This document shows positions 29,459 through 37,834 of a stretch of 64,000 nt of DNA, piece by piece. Source of the DNA: Candidatus Latescibacterota bacterium (lineage in GTDB: Bacteria; Latescibacterota; UBA2968; GCA-2709665); the NCBI GenBank assembly GCA_965219995.1, contig CBDCOX010000002.1:2560001-2624000 (forward strand), read 5' to 3'. A program made the position numbers and the translations under genes. Within the stretch, counting starts at the first letter, position 1. Every line of letters begins with the position of its first letter. The notes below the pieces were generated by a model. The model made no database searches and was not told the DNA's origin. It saw nothing but the letters and a program-made list of their open reading frames with translations.

Positions 29459-31657
29459 TTATCGCTCCGTTCCCGGTTCGACACGGAGACGCCCGGCGAG
29501 AAGATATCGATACAGCTTGAGGGTAAGCTCCTGCTCCCTCTCCTCCAGCCCTTCAAGATCAACCGGCGTCAGCACCAGGGTTCGGCAGGGTTCGTCCGCG
29601 ACAATCAGGGCTGCAGTCTGCTCGGGCGCGCCCGCCGGCCAGATCGAGTCTCCCGGGCCGAGTTGAAAAAGGCGGGCGCCCGCGGAATCGTAACCGGAAG
29701 CCCTGCCGGAGAGCAGCAGCTGCAGACCGGCTTTCGGCACCTCCCGTCCTGCAAGTAACTCGCCGGCGGAGTACTGACGAGGGCTCAACCACCTCTGCAG
29801 TTCCTCCGTAAGGCGTTCGAAATCGATCTGACGCGCCAGGTAGCGTTCAAGGTCTTCCGCGGTGTGTTCCAGCAACGACGCGCGACGCTCGTCTGCCCCC
29901 TCTTTTTCCTCCTTCCAGGCCGACAGGAGGATCTCCTCGCCGCGCTCAAGGGCGCGGTCCGCATCCGGCTCAACCTGAAGCCCGGCAAATGCGGCGGGCG
30001 GAAGGTTGTGCTCGAGCCCGGTCTGCAAACCCACGGATAATCCGCTGAGAACGACCCGTACTCCGGCCGCGTTCGCCGCCTGCAGAAACCTGCTCAGGAC
30101 GTTTACCGCCGAGTAATCGTAACCCGAAACGGCGCTGAAGTCCAGGATCAGACATACGGGTCGCGAATCTCCTTTCAGGGACTTCCTGAGATGGTCCACG
30201 AGAGGGCACACGCTCCCAAAAAAGATGTAGCCCCGCAGCCGGTAGGCCTGCGCCCGCTCCCCTTCTTCCATCAGTATGGCGCGATCGGGGACAGGACGGA
30301 CCCTGATACTCCTCCGTTCGCGTGCGGTGAACTGCGATTCGATCGGGTCGACGCGGCTGAGGCGTACGGCGAAGAACACCAGTGTGGCGAGCAACCCGAC
30401 GCCCACGCCCTCGATCATTCCGAAAGTCGTGATCACAACGAAGATCAGGAGAATGATGCCGTATTCAGACCAGGGGAGCCGCCTGCGGCTTGCCACGAGA
30501 CCCTGGTCCAGCAAGCCCACGCCTGCAAAGACCAGGATTCCGCCGACGAGCGGCGCAGGAACCAGTTCCAGCATCCCGTCACCAAGAAACAACGCCCCCC
30601 CGATCACCAGCGCGGCGACCACTCCGGTCAACCTTGTTGTGGCCCCGAGCAACTTGCTGCGCAGGGAGGCCGGCACGACAAGCGTCGCCACCGTGCCGCC
30701 GCCGAGACCTGCGGCCATTGTCGCGACGCCCGTCACCCGGAACTCCCTGTCCCAGTCCAGCTCCTGACTCACTGCCAGCTCCAGCCCGGCGAAGTTCATC
30801 ACCACGGCAATAAAGGCAACCAGCATCAGCGTCAGCATGTGTGGTGCCTGTCTGACCATGGAGGACCATTGCACATTTTCCAGGTCGGCCGGATACACGG
30901 CCGGCCACAGGTTCCCGTCAGTCGTCCTGCTGAGCAGCAGGCCCTCCGCACGCGCGGTCTCGCCCGCAATGCCGAGGCTGGCGAGCGCGAAATGGTACGC
31001 GACGACGGCAAACGCGACGCTCACCGGCAGGATCAGCGGGTTCGCCCAGCGCTTCATCGCGAAATAAAGCGCGACCCCGTACACCGCACCCGGGCTCCAT
31101 TTCCAGAACGCGGATGGGTCGAAGAGCGCGGGAATCGCGTGCCACTCCGGTTTGGATCCCATCAGCGACATCGCGGCGAGGCACACGGCCCCACCGATTC
31201 CGGCCACGAATCCACCCGCCACCGGATAGGGGATAAAGCGCATCAGGTTTGCCAGCCGGAAACGTCCGATGATGAGACAGCCCGCACCGGTTACCACCGC
31301 GGTCAGGATGAGCGCGACCGTCGTTGTGACGAAAAGCGCGTGGCCCTCGGCATCCATCGTGGATCCCACCGAAGCCATCACGACGACCAGTACTGGAGAC
31401 AATCCCGCAATGGCTCCGCGGTACCCGCCACCGAGAGCGATAACAAGACACGCCGCGAAATTCCCGAAGAGCACCAGCCCGATTCCCTGCGAGGAATGGG
31501 CCGCAAGAGGACCCGAGAAGATAAAGCTCGCGAAGGCGACCTGGGCGACCAGCAACCCCAGACCCGCCGTGAATCCGGCCGTCAGTGCCGGAACCGCCTT
31601 CGCGGACCGCAGGTCGGCGCAAAGCTCGAACAAGAGATTTCTGAGAAAGGAGCTCAT
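29459..31657 (-). CDS. SulP-family anion transporter with STAS and C-terminal cNMP-binding-like domain
   Basis: Multiple TM helices, RFIPYPVAGGF, RLRGYIFFGS / LILDFSAVSGYDYSA STAS motif. Confidence 0.88.
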   Translation of the reverse strand: MSSFLRNLLFELCADLRSAKAVPALTAGFTAGLGLLVAQVAFASFIFSGPLAAHSSQGIGLVLFGNFAACLVIALGGGYRGAIAGLSPVLVVVMASVGSTMDAEGHALFVTTTVALILTAVVTGAGCLIIGRFRLANLMRFIPYPVAGGFVAGIGGAVCLAAMSLMGSKPEWHAIPALFDPSAFWKWSPGAVYGVALYFAMKRWANPLILPVSVAFAVVAYHFALASLGIAGETARAEGLLLSRTTDGNLWPAVYPADLENVQWSSMVRQAPHMLTLMLVAFIAVVMNFAGLELAVSQELDWDREFRVTGVATMAAGLGGGTVATLVVPASLRSKLLGATTRLTGVVAALVIGGALFLGDGMLELVPAPLVGGILVFAGVGLLDQGLVASRRRLPWSEYGIILLIFVVITTFGMIEGVGVGLLATLVFFAVRLSRVDPIESQFTARERRSIRVRPVPDRAILMEEGERAQAYRLRGYIFFGSVCPLVDHLRKSLKGDSRPVCLILDFSAVSGYDYSAVNVLSRFLQAANAAGVRVVLSGLSVGLQTGLEHNLPPAAFAGLQVEPDADRALERGEEILLSAWKEEKEGADERRASLLEHTAEDLERYLARQIDFERLTEELQRWLSPRQYSAGELLAGREVPKAGLQLLLSGRASGYDSAGARLFQLGPGDSIWPAGAPEQTAALIVADEPCRTLVLTPVDLEGLEEREQELTLKLYRYLLAGRLRVEPGTER

Positions 31658-31667
31658 CGTCAATCTT

Positions 31668-31716
31668 CCAGCGGCAGCCTTATCGCCTCGCCGGTCTGCG
31701 ACGATCGGTAAGCGGC
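31668..31716. repeat. Direct repeat, left copy (duplicated 3' end of the Gfo/Idh/MocA gene)
   Basis: 47/49 identical to 33153-33201. Confidence 0.9.
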
Positions 31717-31797
31717 TGTGATATAGCGGGGTCTGGGTCGCGCGAAGGTAGAACGGGAACGGCAGGCGTATCGTACCGCGAAGACCTGCCAGACGCA

Positions 31798-31830
31798 GTA
31801 CAATATTCAAATTGAACTTGAATTTTGTAC
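31798..31830. promoter_or_regulatory. 13-bp inverted repeat upstream of the AAA ATPase gene (candidate operator)
   Basis: GTACAATATTCAA-attgaac-TTGAATTTTGTAC, 12/13 symmetric. Confidence 0.5.
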
Positions 31831-31884
31831 CGATTCTCCTTACCTTGTCCGTAAGGAGCGCCCACTCAGAAAAGGAGCGGAACC

Positions 31885-33042
31885 GTGTTCAGCCGACAAC
31901 TCGCCAACGAGTTGGCCGCGACGGCAAGAGAATTCCCCGTGGTTACAATCATCGGACCTCGGCAGGCGGGAAAAACCACGTTGGCGCGAATGCAATTCCC
32001 CCACCACGCGTATGCGAACCTTGAAGCGCCCGATATACGAATGCTCGCACGAAGCGACCCCCACGCTTTCTTCTCGCACTTCCCGCCGCCCGTAATCATC
32101 GACGAGATTCAGCGTGTGCCCGAATTGCTCTCAACGATCCAGGTTCTGGCCGACAGCAGCCGCAAGCGGGGGCAATACATCCTCACAGGCAGTCACCAGC
32201 TGGGCCTTCAGGAAGCGGTTGTCCAATCCCTGGCCGGACGCACGGCTCTCTTGCGTCTGCTGCCACTGTCGATCTCGGAGCTCGGCGCAAACGGCATCAC
32301 ACACACGCGCGATGAATATATATATCAGGGTTTTATGCCACGACTCTACAGCGAAAAAGTCAATCCCACCCGCCTGTACAGAAGTTACTGTCAGACCTAT
32401 ATCGAGCGCGACATCAGACAGATGATCAACCTCAGGCGCCTGGCAGACTTCGAGAACTTTACGCGCCTGCTGGCCGGACGCGTCGGTCAGGTTTTGAATC
32501 TGAATTCTCTGTCTAACGACGTGGGTGTCTCAAGTACCACGCTAAAGGAATGGCTCTCCGTGCTCGAAGCGTCTTACACCGTGTTCAGATTAAATCCTTA
32601 CTTCGAGAACTTCGGAAAACGCATCATCAAATCGCCTAAAATCTATTTTACCGAAGTCGGGCTTGCGTCCTATTTGCTCGGCATTGAATCGCCAGCGCTT
32701 GTTGCCCGTGACCCACTGATCGGTAATCTCTTTGAAAACCTGGTCGTGATCGAAGCGTTGAAGGCCAGGCTGAACGCGGGAAAAGAACCGGAACTCTATT
32801 TCTACCGTGACAACAAAGGCAATGAAGTGGACCTGCTGTTCAGGAAGAACAGGCGTTTGGTCCCAATTGAGATCAAATCGGCCATGACGTTTCATCCGGA
32901 ATTCGCAAAAGGAATCGCGCGGTTTCGAAAAATCGCGTCAGACACGGTGGAAGGCTATGTCGTATACGCGGGGAATCTGACACCCGAACTGCCCCATGCG
33001 CGCGTATTGCACTTTACGGATGTAAAGAAAATCTTCCGATAG
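31885..33042 (+). CDS. AAA_14 ATPase with DUF4143 / PD-(D/E)xK-like C-terminus
   Basis: GPRQAGKTT Walker A, IIDEIQR Walker B, ILTGS, KSPKIYF, FYRDNKGNEVDLL...PIEIKS. Confidence 0.92.
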   Translation: MFSRQLANELAATAREFPVVTIIGPRQAGKTTLARMQFPHHAYANLEAPDIRMLARSDPHAFFSHFPPPVIIDEIQRVPELLSTIQVLADSSRKRGQYILTGSHQLGLQEAVVQSLAGRTALLRLLPLSISELGANGITHTRDEYIYQGFMPRLYSEKVNPTRLYRSYCQTYIERDIRQMINLRRLADFENFTRLLAGRVGQVLNLNSLSNDVGVSSTTLKEWLSVLEASYTVFRLNPYFENFGKRIIKSPKIYFTEVGLASYLLGIESPALVARDPLIGNLFENLVVIEALKARLNAGKEPELYFYRDNKGNEVDLLFRKNRRLVPIEIKSAMTFHPEFAKGIARFRKIASDTVEGYVVYAGNLTPELPHARVLHFTDVKKIFR

Positions 33043-33141
33043 TCGAAGCCGCCTGGACCGGAGCAAGCTCCCGGACATATCTCACCCTGACAACCGTACT
33101 GGCGCGAGCGCTCTCAATTAGCCGACGTCATCCGGCCCCCG

Positions 33142-34185
33142 TCAAAGGTCGCCCAGCGGCAGCCTTATCGCCTCACCGGTCTGCGACGATCGGTATGCGG
33201 CCAGGGCGATCTCGACCGCCGCCCTGCCGTCTTCTCCGGTAACCGGAGGAACGGTGTCGTTGACGATGCAGTCGATAAAGTCCCGCACCTCGTCTGCAAA
33301 CGCTTTTTGCCGCGGGTCCTCCACCGCCGCGTGGTCGTACACGGTTTCCCAAGCCGACGCGCCGTCGCGGGCGACTCTGACTTTATTGTACGGGTCGACC
33401 TCCATCAGGCCTTTGTCCCCGATGAGTTCAGCGGCGCAACTGAAGCCCCTCCAACCCGGCGGCGGAAGCGCTTCGGAGTAGATGAGATGGGCGCTGCCGC
33501 CGTTCCGGAAGCCGATCATGACCATGTTGGACGTCACGTCTCCCGGCACCTCGGTGCGCAGCGAATAGGACCGGGCGAAGACATAGTCGGCCTCGCTTTC
33601 GAACCACCAGCGCAACCGGTCGATATTGTGTACGCCCCACCCGATAAGGCCGCCCGGACCGTAGAGATCCAGGTCCGTGAACCATGCCCGGTTGGGATCG
33701 GGCTTGCGGTAGCCCGGCGTGGCGAGTGTGTCCCGGCACATCAGAAGCCGGCCGATGGCGCCTTCGTCCAGCAGGCGTTTGGATATCGCGTCCCCTTCCC
33801 AGTACCGGTGGCTCTGTGCAACCATGAGCTTCCGATTCATGCGCCCCGCCGTTTGAATGATGGCGTCGCACTTCTCCAGCGTAATTTCCAACGGTTTTTC
33901 CACGAGGACGTGTTTGCCCGCTTCAAGCGCGGCGGTGGCGTGTTCGGCATGCATGGCATGGGGCGTGGTTACGATCACGGCGTGGATATCGTCTCTGGAA
34001 ACCAGAGATTCCGGGCTTTCCTCGTAGTCCAGGCCGTATTCGCCGGCGAGGGCGGGACCGACTCCAGGCAGGCGGGCCGGGTCGTTCACGGCGACGGCTA
34101 TTCCCTGCGCCACGTCTCTCAGGGCGTCTATATGCGTACGCCCCATTTTACCTGCGCCGACAATGCCCACGCGTACACTTTCCAT
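33142..34185 (-). CDS. Gfo/Idh/MocA oxidoreductase
   Basis: VGIVGAGKMG, GKHVLVEKP, DWGVHNID. Confidence 0.92.
   Translation of the reverse strand: MESVRVGIVGAGKMGRTHIDALRDVAQGIAVAVNDPARLPGVGPALAGEYGLDYEESPESLVSRDDIHAVIVTTPHAMHAEHATAALEAGKHVLVEKPLEITLEKCDAIIQTAGRMNRKLMVAQSHRYWEGDAISKRLLDEGAIGRLLMCRDTLATPGYRKPDPNRAWFTDLDLYGPGGLIGWGVHNIDRLRWWFESEADYVFARSYSLRTEVPGDVTSNMVMIGFRNGGSAHLIYSEALPPPGWRGFSCAAELIGDKGLMEVDPYNKVRVARDGASAWETVYDHAAVEDPRQKAFADEVRDFIDCIVNDTVPPVTGEDGRAAVEIALAAYRSSQTGEAIRLPLGDL
33153..33201. repeat. Direct repeat, right copy (within the current 3' end of the Gfo/Idh/MocA gene)
   Basis: 47/49 identical to 31668-31716. Confidence 0.9.
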
Positions 34186-34399
34186 AGGGTCCTCTCAACT
34201 TTGATCCGTCATTATTCGGGGACGTTAATTCGAAGTTGTGCAAGTGAATAAAGGCGATTTAACTGCTGATTTCAATGAACCTTCAGGTCACTGGACGTGA
34301 ACGGAAAAAAATGTCCTTGCGGACCACCTCTTCGGTCCGGTGAGGAAAGAACTGCAGGGTCACCGCGTTATGACACACGTCGCTTTTCACGGATGCTTA

Positions 34400-34425
34400 T
34401 TGTGCCTTTTGTGCTTTTTGTGGCC
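34400..34425. repeat. Short 9-bp-period intergenic repeat
   Basis: TTGTGCCTT-TTGTGCTTT-TTGTGGCC. Confidence 0.5.
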
Positions 34426-34493
34426 AATTTTTCGATGTTCTTTTTTCGCATTGAGGTTGATCGATGGGCAAGAACAAAAGCGGCGGTTCCGGT

Positions 34494-35390
34494 TTACATC
34501 AGACGTTTGCGTTTGGCCAGGTAGTTGAACAGCACGGTATCGAAGGGTCTGGCGGTATCAAGCAGCACGTAGTCGATGAGGCTTTCCCGGCATTCGAGAC
34601 CGAATTGCCGGGTGAGGGCGTCCATGCGGTCCCTGTAATCGGATGCGATATGCCAGGGCTCGGTGGTCACGGAAGCGCCGGATTCGAGGTCGACGAATCG
34701 GGTTTCGCGACCGAAATGGAGGTCCCGTTCCCTCGGGTCCAGCAGGTGGAAGACGATGACTTCGTGCTTGCGGTGACGGAAGTGTTTCAGGCCGGAAAGC
34801 AGTGAACGCGGGTCGTCCATCAGATCGGAAAGAACGATGATGAGGCCGCGGCGGACAATGCGTTCGGCAAGACTGTGGAAGGTCGCGGCCAGGTCCGTGT
34901 CTTCGCCCTTCGGATCGGTATTCTGAAGCGTTTCCAGCAGGGCCGGCAGATGGGTCCCCGCGGACCTTGGCGGCAGGTAGGACCGGATCCCGCGATCGAA
35001 GGACACCAGACCGACCGCGTCGCGCTGGCGCAGCATCAGGTACGACAGCGCCGCAGCGGTATAGGTGGCGTACTGGAATTTCGTCACGGCGCTCGATCCA
35101 TAGGCCATTGACGCGCTGGCGTCCAGCAGGATGTAGGCCTTGAGGTTGGTTTCCTCTTCGAATTGTTTCACGTAAAGTCTGTCGGTCTTGCCGAAGACCT
35201 TCCAGTCGACGTTACGCAGCGGGTCACCCGGTATATACTGACGATATTCGGAGAACTCAACCGAGAATCCGTGATACGGACTCTGATGCAGGCCCGTGAG
35301 GAAGCCCTCGACCACGAGGCGGGCGACCAGATCGAGGCCCGACAGGCGGGCGACAACTTCGGGCTGGAGATAGGTGCGGAAATCGGGCAT
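34494..35390 (-). CDS. DUF58 protein (MoxR-associated, vWA-like)
   Basis: GLHQSPYHGFSVEFSEYRQYIPGD, DWKVFGKTD, LDASASM, VLSD. Confidence 0.93.
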   Translation of the reverse strand: MPDFRTYLQPEVVARLSGLDLVARLVVEGFLTGLHQSPYHGFSVEFSEYRQYIPGDPLRNVDWKVFGKTDRLYVKQFEEETNLKAYILLDASASMAYGSSAVTKFQYATYTAAALSYLMLRQRDAVGLVSFDRGIRSYLPPRSAGTHLPALLETLQNTDPKGEDTDLAATFHSLAERIVRRGLIIVLSDLMDDPRSLLSGLKHFRHRKHEVIVFHLLDPRERDLHFGRETRFVDLESGASVTTEPWHIASDYRDRMDALTRQFGLECRESLIDYVLLDTARPFDTVLFNYLAKRKRLM

Positions 35391-35411
35391 GGACGCGGTG
35401 AGCCTGCCGTG

Positions 35412-36407
35412 TCAGTTGGTTTCATCCAGAAGACGCTGCACGAGTTCAAGTGCCGTGACCCCCTCGGCCTCGGCGTTGAAACTGGTGACGATGCGATGGC
35501 GCAGAACCGGAACGGCGACGAAATTGACGTCGTCGATCGCAGCCGCGTACCGTCCTTCCAGGACGGCACGGGCTTTGGCGCCCAGAATGAGGAACTGAGA
35601 AGCCCGCGGCCCCGCGCCCCAGTTGACCATGCGGGTGACATAGTCCGGCGCGCCGTCCGCGCCCGGCCGGGTCCTGCGGGCCAGGCCCACGGCGTAGTCA
35701 ATGACATAATCGGCGACCGGAACCTTTCGGATGAGATGCTGGAGTTCGACGATTTCACGCGCGTCGAATACCGGTTCGATTTCCGCCGCGTAGGCGCTGG
35801 TGGTCGTGCGAACGATCTGTCTTTCCTCTTCTTCGGCGGGATAGTCGATCCAGAGGTTGAAAATGAACCGGTCGAGCTGCGCTTCCGGAAGCGGATAGGT
35901 GCCTTCCTGCTCGATCGGATTCTGCGTGGCCAGCACAAAAAACGGCTCTTCCAGCCGAAACGTGTCGCCGCCGGCCGTCACCTCGTGCTCCTGCATAGCC
36001 TGGAGCAGTGCCGCCTGGGTCTTCGGCGGCGTGCGGTTGACCTCGTCCGCCAGAATGATGTTCGCAAAGAGGGGGCCCTTCACGAAGCGGAAGGCCTTGT
36101 GGCCGGTTCGCTGGTCTTCTTCCAGGACTTCCGTGCCGGTAATATCCGACGGCATCAGATCCGGCGTGAATTGAATTCGGCTGAAGCGGAGGTCGAGCGC
36201 ATTGGCAAGCGTGCTGATGAGGAGCGTCTTTGCGAGGCCGGGAACCCCCACGAGCAGGCAATGACCGCCGCACAGGAGCGCAATGAGCAATTGGTCCACG
36301 ATCTCCGTCTGCCCCACGATGATCTTGCCGATTTCGTCCCTGATACGGGCGTGAGCGGTCTTCAGTCTTTCGACGGCTTCGAGGTCGTTGGCGGGCTGTT
36401 CTGGCAT
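35412..36407 (-). CDS. moxR: MoxR-family AAA+ ATPase
   Basis: GVPGLAKT, RIQFTPDLMPSD, LADEVNR, ATQNPIEQEGTYPLPEAQLDRF. Confidence 0.93.
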   Translation of the reverse strand: MPEQPANDLEAVERLKTAHARIRDEIGKIIVGQTEIVDQLLIALLCGGHCLLVGVPGLAKTLLISTLANALDLRFSRIQFTPDLMPSDITGTEVLEEDQRTGHKAFRFVKGPLFANIILADEVNRTPPKTQAALLQAMQEHEVTAGGDTFRLEEPFFVLATQNPIEQEGTYPLPEAQLDRFIFNLWIDYPAEEEERQIVRTTTSAYAAEIEPVFDAREIVELQHLIRKVPVADYVIDYAVGLARRTRPGADGAPDYVTRMVNWGAGPRASQFLILGAKARAVLEGRYAAAIDDVNFVAVPVLRHRIVTSFNAEAEGVTALELVQRLLDETN

Positions 36408-36475
36408 GATTGGGCATTCCTTCGCGGTGCGAATCCAACCCTGGTCGCGGACGCACCCGGAGGCCGGGGTCGCGT

Positions 36476-37834
36476 TCAGGTTTTCCGTTTCTGTTTTTTT
36501 GCCGCCGGGAACAGGATGTTGTTCAATATAAGGCGATACCCTGGCGAGTTCCGGCGTAGCGCGAGCTGGGTGGGAGGGTCTCCCACGTAGTGGCGATAGT
36601 CTTCCGGGTCGTGTCCGGCGTAAAAGGTAAACGTGCCGCGGCCTACATTTCCGTGGATGTATTTCACCTGATCCGTACCGCTGACCTCGCCCATAATGGT
36701 AACGGACTTCTTGATCCGATTCCTGCGAAATGCCGTGGTCTGACCCAGAAATCCGCGGACGACAGGCACGTGGTTCTGCGTGAGCATGGCGGGCACGGGA
36801 TCGAATTTGGCCGAGAATTCAAACAGGGTGAACGCGTCGGCGTCGGGACCCATAGGCCGCGCGACCGTGGTGGGCGAGACGTCGATGTCCGCGTGTTCAT
36901 ATTCCATCGGGTCCGCGACCAGGGAAAAGTCCTCGAAGGCGACCGTCCTCGAAAAGTCCAGTCTGGACTGCGCCTGAGGGTGGGGCGGGTCGCCGTCGTA
37001 GACGGTATCCACGATGTCGACACCGGTTGCGGCCAGGGCAATATCAAAGGTATCCGTTGCGGAACACATTGCAAACATGAATCCCCCGTTGGAGATGTAT
37101 GCCAGAATGGCGCGGGCAACCGCGCCTTTTTCCTCGGAGACCTTTTTAAATCCCAGGCGCGTGGCGAGGCTTTCGAACTGGGCCTGCTGGCGCCGGTACC
37201 AGAGTTCATGACCATGGCTTCGGTAGAACTTTCCGTACTGACCTGTGAAATCCTCGTGATGCAGATGCAGCCAGTCGTACTCGGCAAGCTTCCCCGCCAG
37301 CACTTCTTCGTCCCAGAGAACGTCGTACGGGATTTCGGCGTATGACAGGGCCAACGTGACGGCGTCGTCCCAGGGCTGTTTGTTGGGCGGCGTATATACC
37401 GCGATTCTCGGCGCCTTCTCCAGGCGCACGGCATTCATGTTTCCCTGCTCGATCTCCGCGTAAATGCGTACGGCATCGGCTCCCGAGATGCGCTCGTAAT
37501 CGACCTCCCGCAGACGCGCTTCGCCGGCCGCCGATTCGACGTAGTCCATCAGGAATGCGCCGCCCCGGTAGTTGAGCAGCCACTCCACCAAGAAGTCCTG
37601 CTCAAGCGCCCAGTAGGCCAGACCGTAGGCCTTGAGGTGATTCGTCTGCCCGAGGTCCATGGGAACGAGCAGCTTGTTCGCTGCCGCACTCGAAGGGGCG
37701 CCCAACAGACACACACTCAGGACGAAAGCCCGGACAATAATGCCGGTGCTGGCGCCAGAAAGGTTCGGTAAGCCCGGTTCTCCGGGCCAAACCGCGCCAT
37801 TCGTCTTTCGGTTCGTCCGTCCGTGAGGTTTCAC
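36476..37834 (-). CDS. Exported class-I GATase-like protein (family often labelled 'asparagine synthetase B'); start uncertain
   Basis: Signal-like segment before NKLLVPMD; HLKAYG, WDDAVTL, WLHLHHEDFTGQYGKFY, FAMCSATD, GHDPEDY. Confidence 0.75.
   Translation of the reverse strand: MKPHGRTNRKTNGAVWPGEPGLPNLSGASTGIIVRAFVLSVCLLGAPSSAAANKLLVPMDLGQTNHLKAYGLAYWALEQDFLVEWLLNYRGGAFLMDYVESAAGEARLREVDYERISGADAVRIYAEIEQGNMNAVRLEKAPRIAVYTPPNKQPWDDAVTLALSYAEIPYDVLWDEEVLAGKLAEYDWLHLHHEDFTGQYGKFYRSHGHELWYRRQQAQFESLATRLGFKKVSEEKGAVARAILAYISNGGFMFAMCSATDTFDIALAATGVDIVDTVYDGDPPHPQAQSRLDFSRTVAFEDFSLVADPMEYEHADIDVSPTTVARPMGPDADAFTLFEFSAKFDPVPAMLTQNHVPVVRGFLGQTTAFRRNRIKKSVTIMGEVSGTDQVKYIHGNVGRGTFTFYAGHDPEDYRHYVGDPPTQLALRRNSPGYRLILNNILFPAAKKQKRKT

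Larger units (their letters stand above)
31668..33201. mobile_element. Putative integrated mini-island carrying one AAA ATPase gene
   Basis: Flanked by 49-bp direct repeats; cargo visibly more AT-rich and oriented opposite to the host operon; no recombinase inside. Confidence 0.65.
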
